Assembly: GCA_934246625.1 (NCBI GenBank)
Contig: CAKQHZ010000002.1
Coordinates: 180,001 to 212,000, forward strand
Reading direction: 5' to 3'
DNA: 32,000 nt
From: an uncultured Alphaproteobacteria bacterium
Lineage (GTDB): Bacteria > Pseudomonadota > Alphaproteobacteria > Rs-D84 > CACZYB01
Shown here: piece after piece, positions 10,573 through 21,212 of the stretch
How the letters are laid out: the number at the start of each line of letters is the position of its first letter
Numbering within the stretch: the stretch's first letter is position 1
Notes under the pieces: model-generated
What the model was told of the DNA's origin: nothing
Seen by the model: only the letters and a program-made list of their open reading frames with translations
Database searches by the model: none
Translations under genes and position numbers: made by a program

Positions 10573-11111
10573 TTAAAGCTGTCCAAACATTTTTCGATTT
10601 CGGATTTTAATCCATCGGCTTTTGAAAGTGCGATGGCACTTGTTATTGTGGAACCAACAGATGTTGCAGTCGATGTAATATTAGTTATATTTTTAATAAC
10701 TTTTGAATTATTATTTGATGGCATTGTGTTTGCTTCACCATTATTTTTTGCATCAATTTTGCCCTTTACTGTGGTTGCAATGTTGACTGCACTTGATGCG
10801 GTTCCAACTCCTGAAATAGCGATTGTTCCCGCGGAAAGTCCAAGCATAATATTTATATTTTCATCTGAAATTCCCTGACACGCAGAACGGGATTGTTCGC
10901 GTTTTGTAAGAAGTTGGTTATATTCTTTTTCCTTTCTTTCAATTTCCTTTTGTTTATCTTTTAATTTATTATTGTATCCAGTATTTCTTGCGGTAAGACT
11001 TGTATTTTCAATTTGTAATTTTTCAAGTTGTTTTGTAAGTTCTTCGGCAGTTTGTGAAAATGCAGGAGATGTTAACATAGTCATAATAAGTATTGTTAAA
11101 AATTTTTTCAT
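10569..11111 (-). CDS. secreted coiled-coil / Gly-Ala-Ser-Thr-rich protein, paralog A (unknown family)
   Basis: Signal peptide MKKFLTILIMTMLTSPAFS/Q, a heptad-like segment, SRSAC, then GLSAGTIAISGVGTASSAV and a C-terminal ...EIEKCLDSFN. Start ATG 11111..11109 shares one base with the upstream stop (TAATG) and has SD AAAGGA 9 nt upstream. The track ORF extends to 11129. Confidence 0.7.
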   Translation of the reverse strand: MKKFLTILIMTMLTSPAFSQTAEELTKQLEKLQIENTSLTARNTGYNNKLKDKQKEIERKEKEYNQLLTKREQSRSACQGISDENINIMLGLSAGTIAISGVGTASSAVNIATTVKGKIDAKNNGEANTMPSNNNSKVIKNITNITSTATSVGSTITSAIALSKADGLKSEIEKCLDSFN

Positions 11112-11944
11112 TAGAATGATCCTTTGCAATCTTTTACTTGTTGAGCGATTGTGTTTATAAGGGCGGTTGCAACACTTGAACTTATTGCTGTTCCAGCAGA
11201 TGCAACTGTGCCAACGATTGTTGAAACATTTGAAACGGTTTCAAGGACGTTGTTTGTTTTTTGTTGCTTTGCCCATTTTTCATCTTTATTTTTTGTAGTA
11301 GTTTTTTTGTTATCAGAATTGGTTGCACAACCTCCAGCAGAAGGTCTATTATCCCCATCAATAGTTGCAAATTTATTTTGGTTTTTAAGTTGGTCTTTTT
11401 CATATTTTTTATTAAATTGTTCTTCGTTTTTTTGTAAAAATGAAGTCGTTGTTGCGGTTGCATGTGCAAGTGTTCCAACTCCAGATGCACTGACTGTACC
11501 AATTAGCCAGCCCTTTATTTCATCAATTTTTTTAGGGAGTATATTTCTGCAAGTGCTTTTTGATTTATTTTGTTGTGTTTCTAAATTTGAAAAATTTTCT
11601 TCTATATCAGAAAGTTTTTTTGTAAGGTCATTAAACTTTGTTTGTTTTTCCTTTATTTCATTATTTAACACTGTATTTTGTGTAGTCAAAGTTGCAATTT
11701 TTTGTTGCATTTCTTCGACGGATTCTGTCGGTTCGGAAGAGGTTTCTACTACTTCGGGTTCTTGGATTTTTACATAAGTTTCTTCTGGTAGTTCAACTGG
11801 CTGTGTAGATTTTGTGGGTGTGGTTGCACGGATAATATTTTTTCTTTGTGGACCATTTTTGGTTGCTTGGCGTTTTCTTGCTCCTTCAACTGAATTTGCA
11901 AGTATTACAATACCTAGCAAAAAGATGCTGATTTTTTTATTCAT
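11111..11944 (-). CDS. secreted coiled-coil / Gly-Ala-Ser-Thr-rich protein, paralog B (unknown family)
   Basis: Signal peptide MNKKISIFLLGIVILANSVEG, an acidic Pro/Glu/Thr linker, a coiled-coil segment, SKSTC, GWLIGTVSASGVGTLAHA, and C-terminal TVASAGTAISSSVATALINTIAQQVKDCKGSF. It aligns by eye with paralog A. SD AGAGGAG is upstream. Confidence 0.7.
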   Translation of the reverse strand: MNKKISIFLLGIVILANSVEGARKRQATKNGPQRKNIIRATTPTKSTQPVELPEETYVKIQEPEVVETSSEPTESVEEMQQKIATLTTQNTVLNNEIKEKQTKFNDLTKKLSDIEENFSNLETQQNKSKSTCRNILPKKIDEIKGWLIGTVSASGVGTLAHATATTTSFLQKNEEQFNKKYEKDQLKNQNKFATIDGDNRPSAGGCATNSDNKKTTTKNKDEKWAKQQKTNNVLETVSNVSTIVGTVASAGTAISSSVATALINTIAQQVKDCKGSF

Positions 11945-11999
11945 GATATTTTCTCCTCTGTTTAAAGAAATATATCATAAAATTGAATATGTGTAAATA

Positions 12000-12740
12000 T
12001 TATAGTTTGAAATGTTCACCAAGATAAACTTTGCGGACATCTGTGTTGCAAACTATTTCATTTGGGGTGCCTTCGCATAGCACAGTTCCGTTGTGAAGAA
12101 CATAAGCACGGTCAGTAATTTCCAATGTTTCACGAACGTTGTGGTCGGTGATTAAAACTCCGTATCCCTTATCCTTTAGGTGTGAAACAAGGTTTCTTAT
12201 ATCATTTACAGCGATAGGGTCAACACCAGCAAATGGTTCGTCAAGCAAGATAAAGTCAGGATTTGCTGCCAATGCTCTTGCAATTTCAAGACGACGTCTT
12301 TCACCACCAGAAAGGGCGATTGCAGGGCTTTCACGTAAATGTGTAATTGAAAATTCGGCAAGAAGTTCATCAAGTTTTTGATTACGTTTGTCTTCGTATG
12401 GTTCAACGACTTCTAAAACTGCCATAATGTTGTCTTCAACTGAAAGTGAGCGGAAGATTGAGGATTCTTGAGGAAGATAGCCAATTCCCTTTTGTGCACG
12501 GTGATAAAATGGAAGTTTTGTTATATTTTCACCATCTAAAGTAATAGAACCTGTGTCAGGTGTTATTAGTCCAGTTATGCAATAAAAACATGTTGTTTTT
12601 CCAGCACCATTTGGACCAAGGAGACCGACTGCTTCGCCTTGTTTTACATGAATAGATACATTTTTCAATACTGGGCGTTTTGAATAACTTTTTGCAATGT
12701 TTTTTACAATGATTTCTTTTACTTTATTTTCGTTTTCCAT
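12000..12740 (-). CDS. lptB: LPS export ABC transporter ATP-binding protein LptB
   Basis: Walker A GPNGAGKTT, signature LSGGERRRLEIARAL, Walker B ILLDEPFAGVD and H-loop ITDHN. It lies immediately downstream of lptA. Confidence 0.93.
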   Translation of the reverse strand: MENENKVKEIIVKNIAKSYSKRPVLKNVSIHVKQGEAVGLLGPNGAGKTTCFYCITGLITPDTGSITLDGENITKLPFYHRAQKGIGYLPQESSIFRSLSVEDNIMAVLEVVEPYEDKRNQKLDELLAEFSITHLRESPAIALSGGERRRLEIARALAANPDFILLDEPFAGVDPIAVNDIRNLVSHLKDKGYGVLITDHNVRETLEITDRAYVLHNGTVLCEGTPNEIVCNTDVRKVYLGEHFKL

Positions 12741-12751
12741 TTAATGACCTA

Positions 12752-13504
12752 TTATTTATCTGTTGAGAACACACCTTTTACTTTGCTTTCACCATCTTTT
12801 GGAAGAATGCGAGCAATACCAGTTTTCATATCATAAATGATTTTTCCACCAGAAAGGTTTGCTTGGTTTCCCTTTTTAAAATATACGTTTCCAGAAATTG
12901 TGGCATATCCATTTTGTGGGTTATATTCTGAAGTGTCGCCATAAAGTTCCTCTGTGCCATCAATAAGTTTTATGTTGCCGTTTGCAATTACCTTTTTAAG
13001 TTGGTTTTGTTTAGATTTTCCAGTTTTTGCAAATTCAACTTTTATATTATCAGCAAAAAGTTTTCTTCCAGAGTTTATAATTTGTGCATTTTTTGCAGTG
13101 GCATAGTTTTTATTTTTATAGTAGATGACTTCGTCCTTTGCGATAATTTCGCTGTCGCCATTTTTAAGGGTTGTTGGATTATCCTTTGATATAAGGTTTA
13201 TGATTTCATTATTTATGTCGTATGTTAATTTGTCGGTTTTGATGTTTTCCTTTACAGATACTATATTTACATTATCGGTTGCAACTACCTTATATATTTT
13301 TTTGTTGGGTTCTTTATAAAAAGCCTCTATAAAATCAGCCTTTAGTTCATATTCAGAAGTTTTTGCAATGGCATTTTGCTTCATTGTGATTTTTTGTTCC
13401 CTTTGGTTCCATTCCAAGCCATTGTCCGCGGAAAGTTCAATGTCTTCGGCAAATGAAGATGTTGAAAAAAATACCATCAATATCAATAAAAATATTTTAA
13501 ACAT
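12752..13504 (-). CDS. lptA: LPS transport periplasmic protein LptA (OstA-like)
   Basis: Signal peptide MFKIFLLILMVFFSTSSFA/ED, a beta-jellyroll-type repetitive sequence, and a position directly upstream of lptB. The start is moved to ATG 13504 (SD AAAGGA); the track ORF extends to 13558. Confidence 0.8.
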   Translation of the reverse strand: MFKIFLLILMVFFSTSSFAEDIELSADNGLEWNQREQKITMKQNAIAKTSEYELKADFIEAFYKEPNKKIYKVVATDNVNIVSVKENIKTDKLTYDINNEIINLISKDNPTTLKNGDSEIIAKDEVIYYKNKNYATAKNAQIINSGRKLFADNIKVEFAKTGKSKQNQLKKVIANGNIKLIDGTEELYGDTSEYNPQNGYATISGNVYFKKGNQANLSGGKIIYDMKTGIARILPKDGESKVKGVFSTDK

Positions 13505-13561
13505 AATTTGTCCTTTTATTATTTTTTGTATTATAAAGGAAAGATGTTTTAAAAACAATAA

Positions 13562-16335
<2,774 letters not shown>

Positions 16336-16399
16336 AATCTACCTTTTTATTATATTTTTTAATTATATAATATTTTTAATTTAAAAAAAGAAAAAAATT

Positions 16400-16408
16400 T
16401 GTTATAAT
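16400..16408 (+). promoter_or_regulatory. candidate extended -10 promoter (TGTTATAAT) for ftsQ-ftsA
   Basis: A TGnTATAAT match lies about 30 nt upstream of the ftsQ GTG, in the AT-rich divergent intergenic region between rsmE and ftsQ. A second TGATATACT at 16417-16425 is too close to the SD. Confidence 0.35.
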
Positions 16409-16438
16409 GTTCCTAATGATATACTAAAGGGGATAAAA

Positions 16439-17179
16439 GTGCAAATACAAGAGTTTTTTTCAAAAGCCAAAAAAATATGCTTGGTGTTTTTTGTGATTTT
16501 TTGTGTTTCTTATCTTATCATTTCTTTACGACAAAGATTTGTTGGTGATGATGCTTTTCTTCTTGATTATCCTGAGGTAGTTTTTAAGGGGGATTTGTCG
16601 ATTGATAGAGAAATGGCTATTGCAGATATTAAAGATGTCCTTAATAAACATAATCTTCTTTCAAATCCGAAAAGTTTTTCTGTTGATGTAGATGAGGTAA
16701 AAGATGATTTTCTTCAACTTTCATGGATAAAAAATATTGCTGTGGTAAAGGAGTATCCTTCAAAATTATTGTTGGTTATTGAACCAAAAAATATTATTGC
16801 ATATATGTTCAATAATGATGAATATTTCCCTGTTGATGAAATGGGTAATATTATACCAATAAGTGTTGATTATAAATCTGGATTGATTATTAGTGGAGAG
16901 GGAGCAAATGAAAATTTGCTTGATTTCCTTATGGTCCTTAAAAAATATCCAAAAATTATGGAAAAGGTTGTTTATCTTCAATTTATAAATGGTTTAAGAT
17001 GGAATGTGTTTTTATATGCTATTGAAGATGGTATTGTAGTAAAACTTGATAACGAAGATTTTGAAATGGGACTTCAAAAAATTGAACGACTTGATGATTA
17101 TCAGGATTTGTTAAAACGAAATATTTCTGAAATTGATGTAAGGGATATAAATAGATTGCTTGTTAAACAAAGGAATTAA
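16439..17179 (+). CDS. ftsQ: cell division protein FtsQ
   Basis: GTG start with SD AAGGGGA. Single N-terminal TM (ICLVFFVIFCVSYLIISL) and a POTRA-like segment (LSWIKNIAVVKEYPSKLLLVIEPK). It lies immediately upstream of ftsA. Confidence 0.8.
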   Translation: MQIQEFFSKAKKICLVFFVIFCVSYLIISLRQRFVGDDAFLLDYPEVVFKGDLSIDREMAIADIKDVLNKHNLLSNPKSFSVDVDEVKDDFLQLSWIKNIAVVKEYPSKLLLVIEPKNIIAYMFNNDEYFPVDEMGNIIPISVDYKSGLIISGEGANENLLDFLMVLKKYPKIMEKVVYLQFINGLRWNVFLYAIEDGIVVKLDNEDFEMGLQKIERLDDYQDLLKRNISEIDVRDINRLLVKQRN

Positions 17180-17180
17180 A

Positions 17181-18431
17181 ATGATTGATAGAAAAAGTGT
17201 GATTGGTTTTCTTGATATTGGAACAAGTAAAGTTGTTTGCCTTATTGGTGCAATTACAAATGATGGTGTGCCTGTGTGCCTTAGTATTGGTGAGGCAATT
17301 AACGAAGGTTTTTCCAATGGGAAAATTACTGATGTTTCTAAGTTGGCATTTGCTATCAATCAGGCTGTGGCGATTGCAGAAAATAAAGCCAAGTGCAGAA
17401 TAAAGGAAGTTGTGGTTTCCCTTTCTGGATTTCAATTTAAATCACATTTTTTAAATTCAAAAATTGGGTGGAATTTTGAAAAAAATATTACCTTTAAAGA
17501 TATTGAGCATTGCACTAAACGTATTCCAATTCAAAAGCATATCAATATAGATGATTATTCGGTTATTCATATAATTCCAATAAAATATATTATTGATGGG
17601 AAAAAGGAAGTTGTTAATCCATTAAATCTTTCTGCTTCTACACTTAAAATAATTTATCATATTATTGTTGTTGATAGTCTTATGATGAATGATGTGATAG
17701 ATGCAGTTAAAAAAACAAATCTTAAGGTTAAAGATGTTGTCGCAAATTCGTATGCGTCAGGGCTTTCATCTTTGGTTGATGATGACAGACGTGTCGGAAG
17801 TATGATTATTGATATTGGAAAATCATCTGTGTCTGTGGGTGTGTTTTTTGAAAATAATTTTATTTATACTTTTTCATCTCCTATTGGTGGGGACTATATA
17901 ACTAACTATATTTGTAAAAATACCAATATTAAATTTGATGAAGCAGAACGTATAAAAAAGAAATATGGTGCTGTGAAACCTTTGCCTATTGATTATTCTG
18001 AAGTAATTAACGTATCGGTTATTTCTGATAATGGCGAAGAAGAAAGTGTTGATATGGTAAAATCTGACATTTTGAATATTATTTATCCAGTTGTAAAAAT
18101 GTCATTTAGTGTTATTAAGAAATATATTGAAGATAAAAATTTTACACCATTTGTTAATCGTATAATTATTACTGGTGGTGGCGCGTTGATTGAAAATGTT
18201 AAGGGGGTTGCAGAGGAGGTTTTTGAACTTCCTGTGCGTGTGGCAAAACCAATAAAGTTAGATGGACTTAATGAAGAATATGTGAATGTTTCAAATGCAA
18301 CTTTGATTGGGCTTTTCCTTTTTAATTTTTATAAATCTTCAAGTGCATTAAAACTTAATTCTGAAATTGAATTTGAAAGGGATAATAGTCTTTTTGGTAA
18401 AATCAGAAAATTTATCAATGATAATTTTTAG
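17181..18431 (+). CDS. ftsA: cell division protein FtsA
   Basis: Actin-like ATPase motifs GFLDIGTSKV, IIDIGKSSVSV and IIITGGGALI. The start is placed at ATG 17181, 2 nt after the ftsQ stop (SD AAAGGA); the track ORF starts at 17160. Confidence 0.92.
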   Translation: MIDRKSVIGFLDIGTSKVVCLIGAITNDGVPVCLSIGEAINEGFSNGKITDVSKLAFAINQAVAIAENKAKCRIKEVVVSLSGFQFKSHFLNSKIGWNFEKNITFKDIEHCTKRIPIQKHINIDDYSVIHIIPIKYIIDGKKEVVNPLNLSASTLKIIYHIIVVDSLMMNDVIDAVKKTNLKVKDVVANSYASGLSSLVDDDRRVGSMIIDIGKSSVSVGVFFENNFIYTFSSPIGGDYITNYICKNTNIKFDEAERIKKKYGAVKPLPIDYSEVINVSVISDNGEEESVDMVKSDILNIIYPVVKMSFSVIKKYIEDKNFTPFVNRIIITGGGALIENVKGVAEEVFELPVRVAKPIKLDGLNEEYVNVSNATLIGLFLFNFYKSSSALKLNSEIEFERDNSLFGKIRKFINDNF

Positions 18432-18491
18432 GGTTTTATTGTATGTGCTTTTATGTTATTATAGTGTTAGGAAAAATATAAGGATTTTAAT

Positions 18492-20294
18492 ATGTTAGAT
18501 TTGAAAAAAAATGATGTGATGTCTGTGTATTATGATAATTCAAAGTATAATTTGTCATCAATACTTCTTCCATTTAAGGGAATGATAAGACGTATTTTTG
18601 GACTTTCATTTTTAATAAATGTTTTAAGTGTTTTGATACCTTTGTGTATTATGTATTTGATTGATGGAAAGTTTAATTTATCACTTGATTCAAATGGACT
18701 TTTTAACATTGTGTTTTTGACATCTGTGCTTGGGTTTAACTTTTTATTTCGTTATATTCGTGCGGGTATGATAAATTATGTTTTGTTAAATATTGATAAT
18801 AATATTTGCAAAAATATTTTGGATAAGGTTTTTAAATTACCAGCAAGGAAAATGGAAAAAAAGAAAGAAGCCTTTTGGACAACTTTGTTTGCGGATATTG
18901 ATGTTATTCGAAATGGTCTTTCTGGTTCCTATATTGTGAATATTACAGATATTCCTTTTGTGCTTTTGTTTATTGGTGTGATTGGAATTTTGCTTGGTAA
19001 ATATTTCTTTGTCATTCTTTTATTTTTACTTATGTATGCAATTTTTATTATGTTTGCATCTTATGTTTTGGGAATTGTTGATGATAAGGAAAAAATGGCG
19101 ATAAAGGAACGTGATGAACTTATATCTGGGTCAATACATAATCTTTCATCGTTGAAAACTTTGTCTTTGACAGACAAGGTTATGAATATGTGGCATGATT
19201 ATCAAAAAAGTATAGTTGATATTACATACAAAAGAAATTATACCTTGGATATTTGTTTGGTGTTGAATTATGTTATTTTCTTTTTGGGATTGATTGTATT
19301 TTCTTTGATTGGTGTTTATGCAGTTAATTTGCATATTATGAGTATTGGAACTTTGGTTGCTGTGCTTTTACTTTTTACTTTGAATTTTTATTTGATTAAC
19401 AGCTTTTTAAAATATCTTCCTCAATATTTTAAATTTATCAATTCTATTGAACGTTTAAGTCAAGTTATGGCGGAACAAGTTGATGCCCTTAAAACCGAAG
19501 AGGTGGAGGATATTACTCTTGGTAATTTGGAACTTAAAAATGTGGTGTTGGAAGATAGTTTGAAAAACATTATTTTAAAAGATGTTAACTTTACCTTTAA
19601 AGAAGGAAGTGTTTATGTTGTGCGTGGTAAGAATACTTTTGATACATCTTTATTTTTAAAAAGTTTGATTGGTGCATATGATATTTCAAATGGTGAAATA
19701 CTTTTTGACAGATATGATGTTGCGAACCTTAAGGCTGAAAGTCTTAAAAACTATATACACTATCTTGGGGTAAATTATTTTATCATTGAAGGAACGGTGA
19801 AAGAAAATTTGAATTGCTTTTTGAATGAAAGCGATACTTCCTTTGCTGGATTTGTTGATTATAAAAAGGTTGCGAAAATGTTCGGCCTTGATGAAATAAT
19901 TGCAAAACTTCCAAATGGATATAATACGATTATTGATAGTAAAACAGATTTGTTGACACAGGAGGAAATGAAACTTTTGAGTATTGCTCGTGTGTTTGTT
20001 GGTAATCCAAAGGTTATGATTTTTGACCAACCATTTTTAGGACTTAGAAAAATTTATAAGGAAAAGTTGATAAAGGCGTTTGCCGAATTTTCTTCTGATA
20101 AAATTATTATTGTTTCAACAACGGAAAAGGATATTGGAAAACGTAAAGTTATTAACATTGAAAATGAAAAAATTACAATGTTGACTTCTGATACTTTTGA
20201 TGAGGCTTTGATGGATATAAATGCCAAAATCGAAGAAGAAGATGCAACAGAAAATCGTGCATTGTTTAGACGAATTTTTAGGAAGAAAGACTGA
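18492..20294 (+). CDS. ABC exporter-like protein (type I TMD + NBD) with degenerate ATPase motifs
   Basis: 600 aa. The N-terminal six-TM exporter-type domain resembles T1SS PrtD/HlyB-type permeases (FLINVLSVLIPLCIMYLID). In the C-terminal NBD, Walker A reads VRGKNTFDTS (19620-19649), the signature reads LTQEE (19953-19967), Walker B reads VMIFDQP (D-Q at 20025-20030) and the H-loop reads VSTTEK. Confidence 0.8.
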   Translation: MLDLKKNDVMSVYYDNSKYNLSSILLPFKGMIRRIFGLSFLINVLSVLIPLCIMYLIDGKFNLSLDSNGLFNIVFLTSVLGFNFLFRYIRAGMINYVLLNIDNNICKNILDKVFKLPARKMEKKKEAFWTTLFADIDVIRNGLSGSYIVNITDIPFVLLFIGVIGILLGKYFFVILLFLLMYAIFIMFASYVLGIVDDKEKMAIKERDELISGSIHNLSSLKTLSLTDKVMNMWHDYQKSIVDITYKRNYTLDICLVLNYVIFFLGLIVFSLIGVYAVNLHIMSIGTLVAVLLLFTLNFYLINSFLKYLPQYFKFINSIERLSQVMAEQVDALKTEEVEDITLGNLELKNVVLEDSLKNIILKDVNFTFKEGSVYVVRGKNTFDTSLFLKSLIGAYDISNGEILFDRYDVANLKAESLKNYIHYLGVNYFIIEGTVKENLNCFLNESDTSFAGFVDYKKVAKMFGLDEIIAKLPNGYNTIIDSKTDLLTQEEMKLLSIARVFVGNPKVMIFDQPFLGLRKIYKEKLIKAFAEFSSDKIIIVSTTEKDIGKRKVINIENEKITMLTSDTFDEALMDINAKIEEEDATENRALFRRIFRKKD

Positions 20295-20947
20295 TGAAAA
20301 AAAATATTTTAATATCTGCAAGTTTAACATCAACTGATTATTTTGATATAGAAAAAACTATTGCTTTGGTAAATAGCTCTTCTGTGGATAGGATTCATTT
20401 TGATGTTATGGACGGTGTATTTGTGCCAAATATTACCTATGGTCCAGATTTTATTTCATCGGTTAAATTACACACAAAAAAATTTTTTGATGTGCATCTT
20501 ATGATTATCAATCCTTTGTCCTATATTGAAAGATTTGTTGATGCTGGTGCAGATTTGATAAGCGTGCATATTGAGGCAAAAAATACTATGAAGTCGATAA
20601 AACTTATTAAATCTTTTGGTGTGAAGGCAGGGATTGTTATCAATCCAAAGACCAGTTATAAAAAGGTTTTGAAGTATTTGGATTTTGTTGATGAAGTTAT
20701 GGTGATGAGTGTTGAACCTGGGTTTGGTGGGCAAAAATTTATTGTTGATGTTGTGCCAAAAATTCAAAAAATTTCACAAATTATAAAAAGTAAAGGTAAA
20801 AAAATTTTGTTGCAAGTTGATGGTGGAATCAATTTTGAAACGGGTAAACTTGTTATTGATAGTGGTGTTAATTCTTTGGTTGTTGGAAGTTTTTTATTTA
20901 ATCAAAAAAATTTTGATAAAACAGTTCTTAAATTAAAAAGTTTATAA
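20294..20947 (+). CDS. rpe: ribulose-phosphate 3-epimerase
   Basis: Motifs HFDVMDGVFVPNIT, DVHLM, MSVEPGFGGQKF and VDGGIN. The start overlaps the upstream stop (TGATG). Confidence 0.93.
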   Translation: MKKNILISASLTSTDYFDIEKTIALVNSSSVDRIHFDVMDGVFVPNITYGPDFISSVKLHTKKFFDVHLMIINPLSYIERFVDAGADLISVHIEAKNTMKSIKLIKSFGVKAGIVINPKTSYKKVLKYLDFVDEVMVMSVEPGFGGQKFIVDVVPKIQKISQIIKSKGKKILLQVDGGINFETGKLVIDSGVNSLVVGSFLFNQKNFDKTVLKLKSL

Positions 20948-20959
20948 TCTATATTTTTA

Positions 20960-20988
20960 TTTACAAAAATTTAATTATGTATTAAGAT
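20960..20988 (+). promoter_or_regulatory. candidate sigma70-type promoter (TTTACA-17 nt-TAAGAT)
   Basis: The -35 TTTACA is at 20960-20965, followed by a 17-nt spacer and the -10 TAAGAT at 20983-20988, just after the rpe stop. This would start a transcript near 20995, about 220 nt upstream of the first Cys-rich gene. Confidence 0.35.
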
Positions 20989-20995
20989 GAAATTA

Positions 20996-21212
20996 GGTTT
21001 GGAAGTTATTCTGAACTTAGTGTCCTTAATGGATACGGGATTGTCGAAGGTCCTTTATAGTCTGCGTATAACGCAATGTTATATGGTAAATGCCCCCGCC
21101 TTTAGTGGGGAGCCCTTGATGTATGTTCAGAGGATATATCTTTATGTCCTTAAAGATCTTGTGGAATCATTTCAGACTATATGATTTTCGAACTCCCCGC
21201 CGTTAAGGATAA
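20996..21212 (+). ncRNA. candidate structured 5' leader / cis-regulatory RNA (unclassified)
   Basis: GC-rich blocks sit in an AT-rich background. A local hairpin spans 21092-21113. A 9-bp long-range pairing joins 21056-21064 to 21173-21181. An alternative 8-bp helix joins 21105-21112 to 21193-21200. TGTCCTTAA occurs at both 21021-21029 and 21145-21153, and each copy is complementary to the SD region TTAAGGA at 21203-21209. Confidence 0.3.

Noticed and set aside
11151-11777. A 208-aa plus-strand ORF antisense to the secreted paralog. Similar long antisense ORFs occur at 1488-2033, 5052-5471, 6218-6631, 8734-9150, 25597-26076 and 30085-30414.
   Set aside because: All lie fully inside strongly supported genes on the opposite strand, lack SDs and have skewed Phe/Ser/Ile/Cys composition. 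They are shadow ORFs.
20987-21184. A 65-aa plus-strand ORF covers the structured leader.
   Set aside because: It has no SD, and its ATG overlaps the best -10 candidate. Its GC-rich stretch uses GCC, CCC and GGG codons that are rare in this genome, and the same bases form verified complementary helices. I treat it as non-coding, although conservation analysis could overturn this.
21187-21210. TTCGAACTCCCCGCC looks like a tRNA/tmRNA T-loop plus 3' acceptor strand, so I considered a tRNA, a tmRNA (including the permuted two-piece type) or an att-site relic.
   Set aside because: There is no complementary 5' T-stem strand (the preceding bases are TGATT) and no cloverleaf can be drawn. The GGGGAG/CTCCCC helix encloses about 80 nt with no D, anticodon or T arms. 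No tag-peptide reading frame ends in ..AA-stop, and no integrase is nearby. I kept it only as part of the structured-leader finding.
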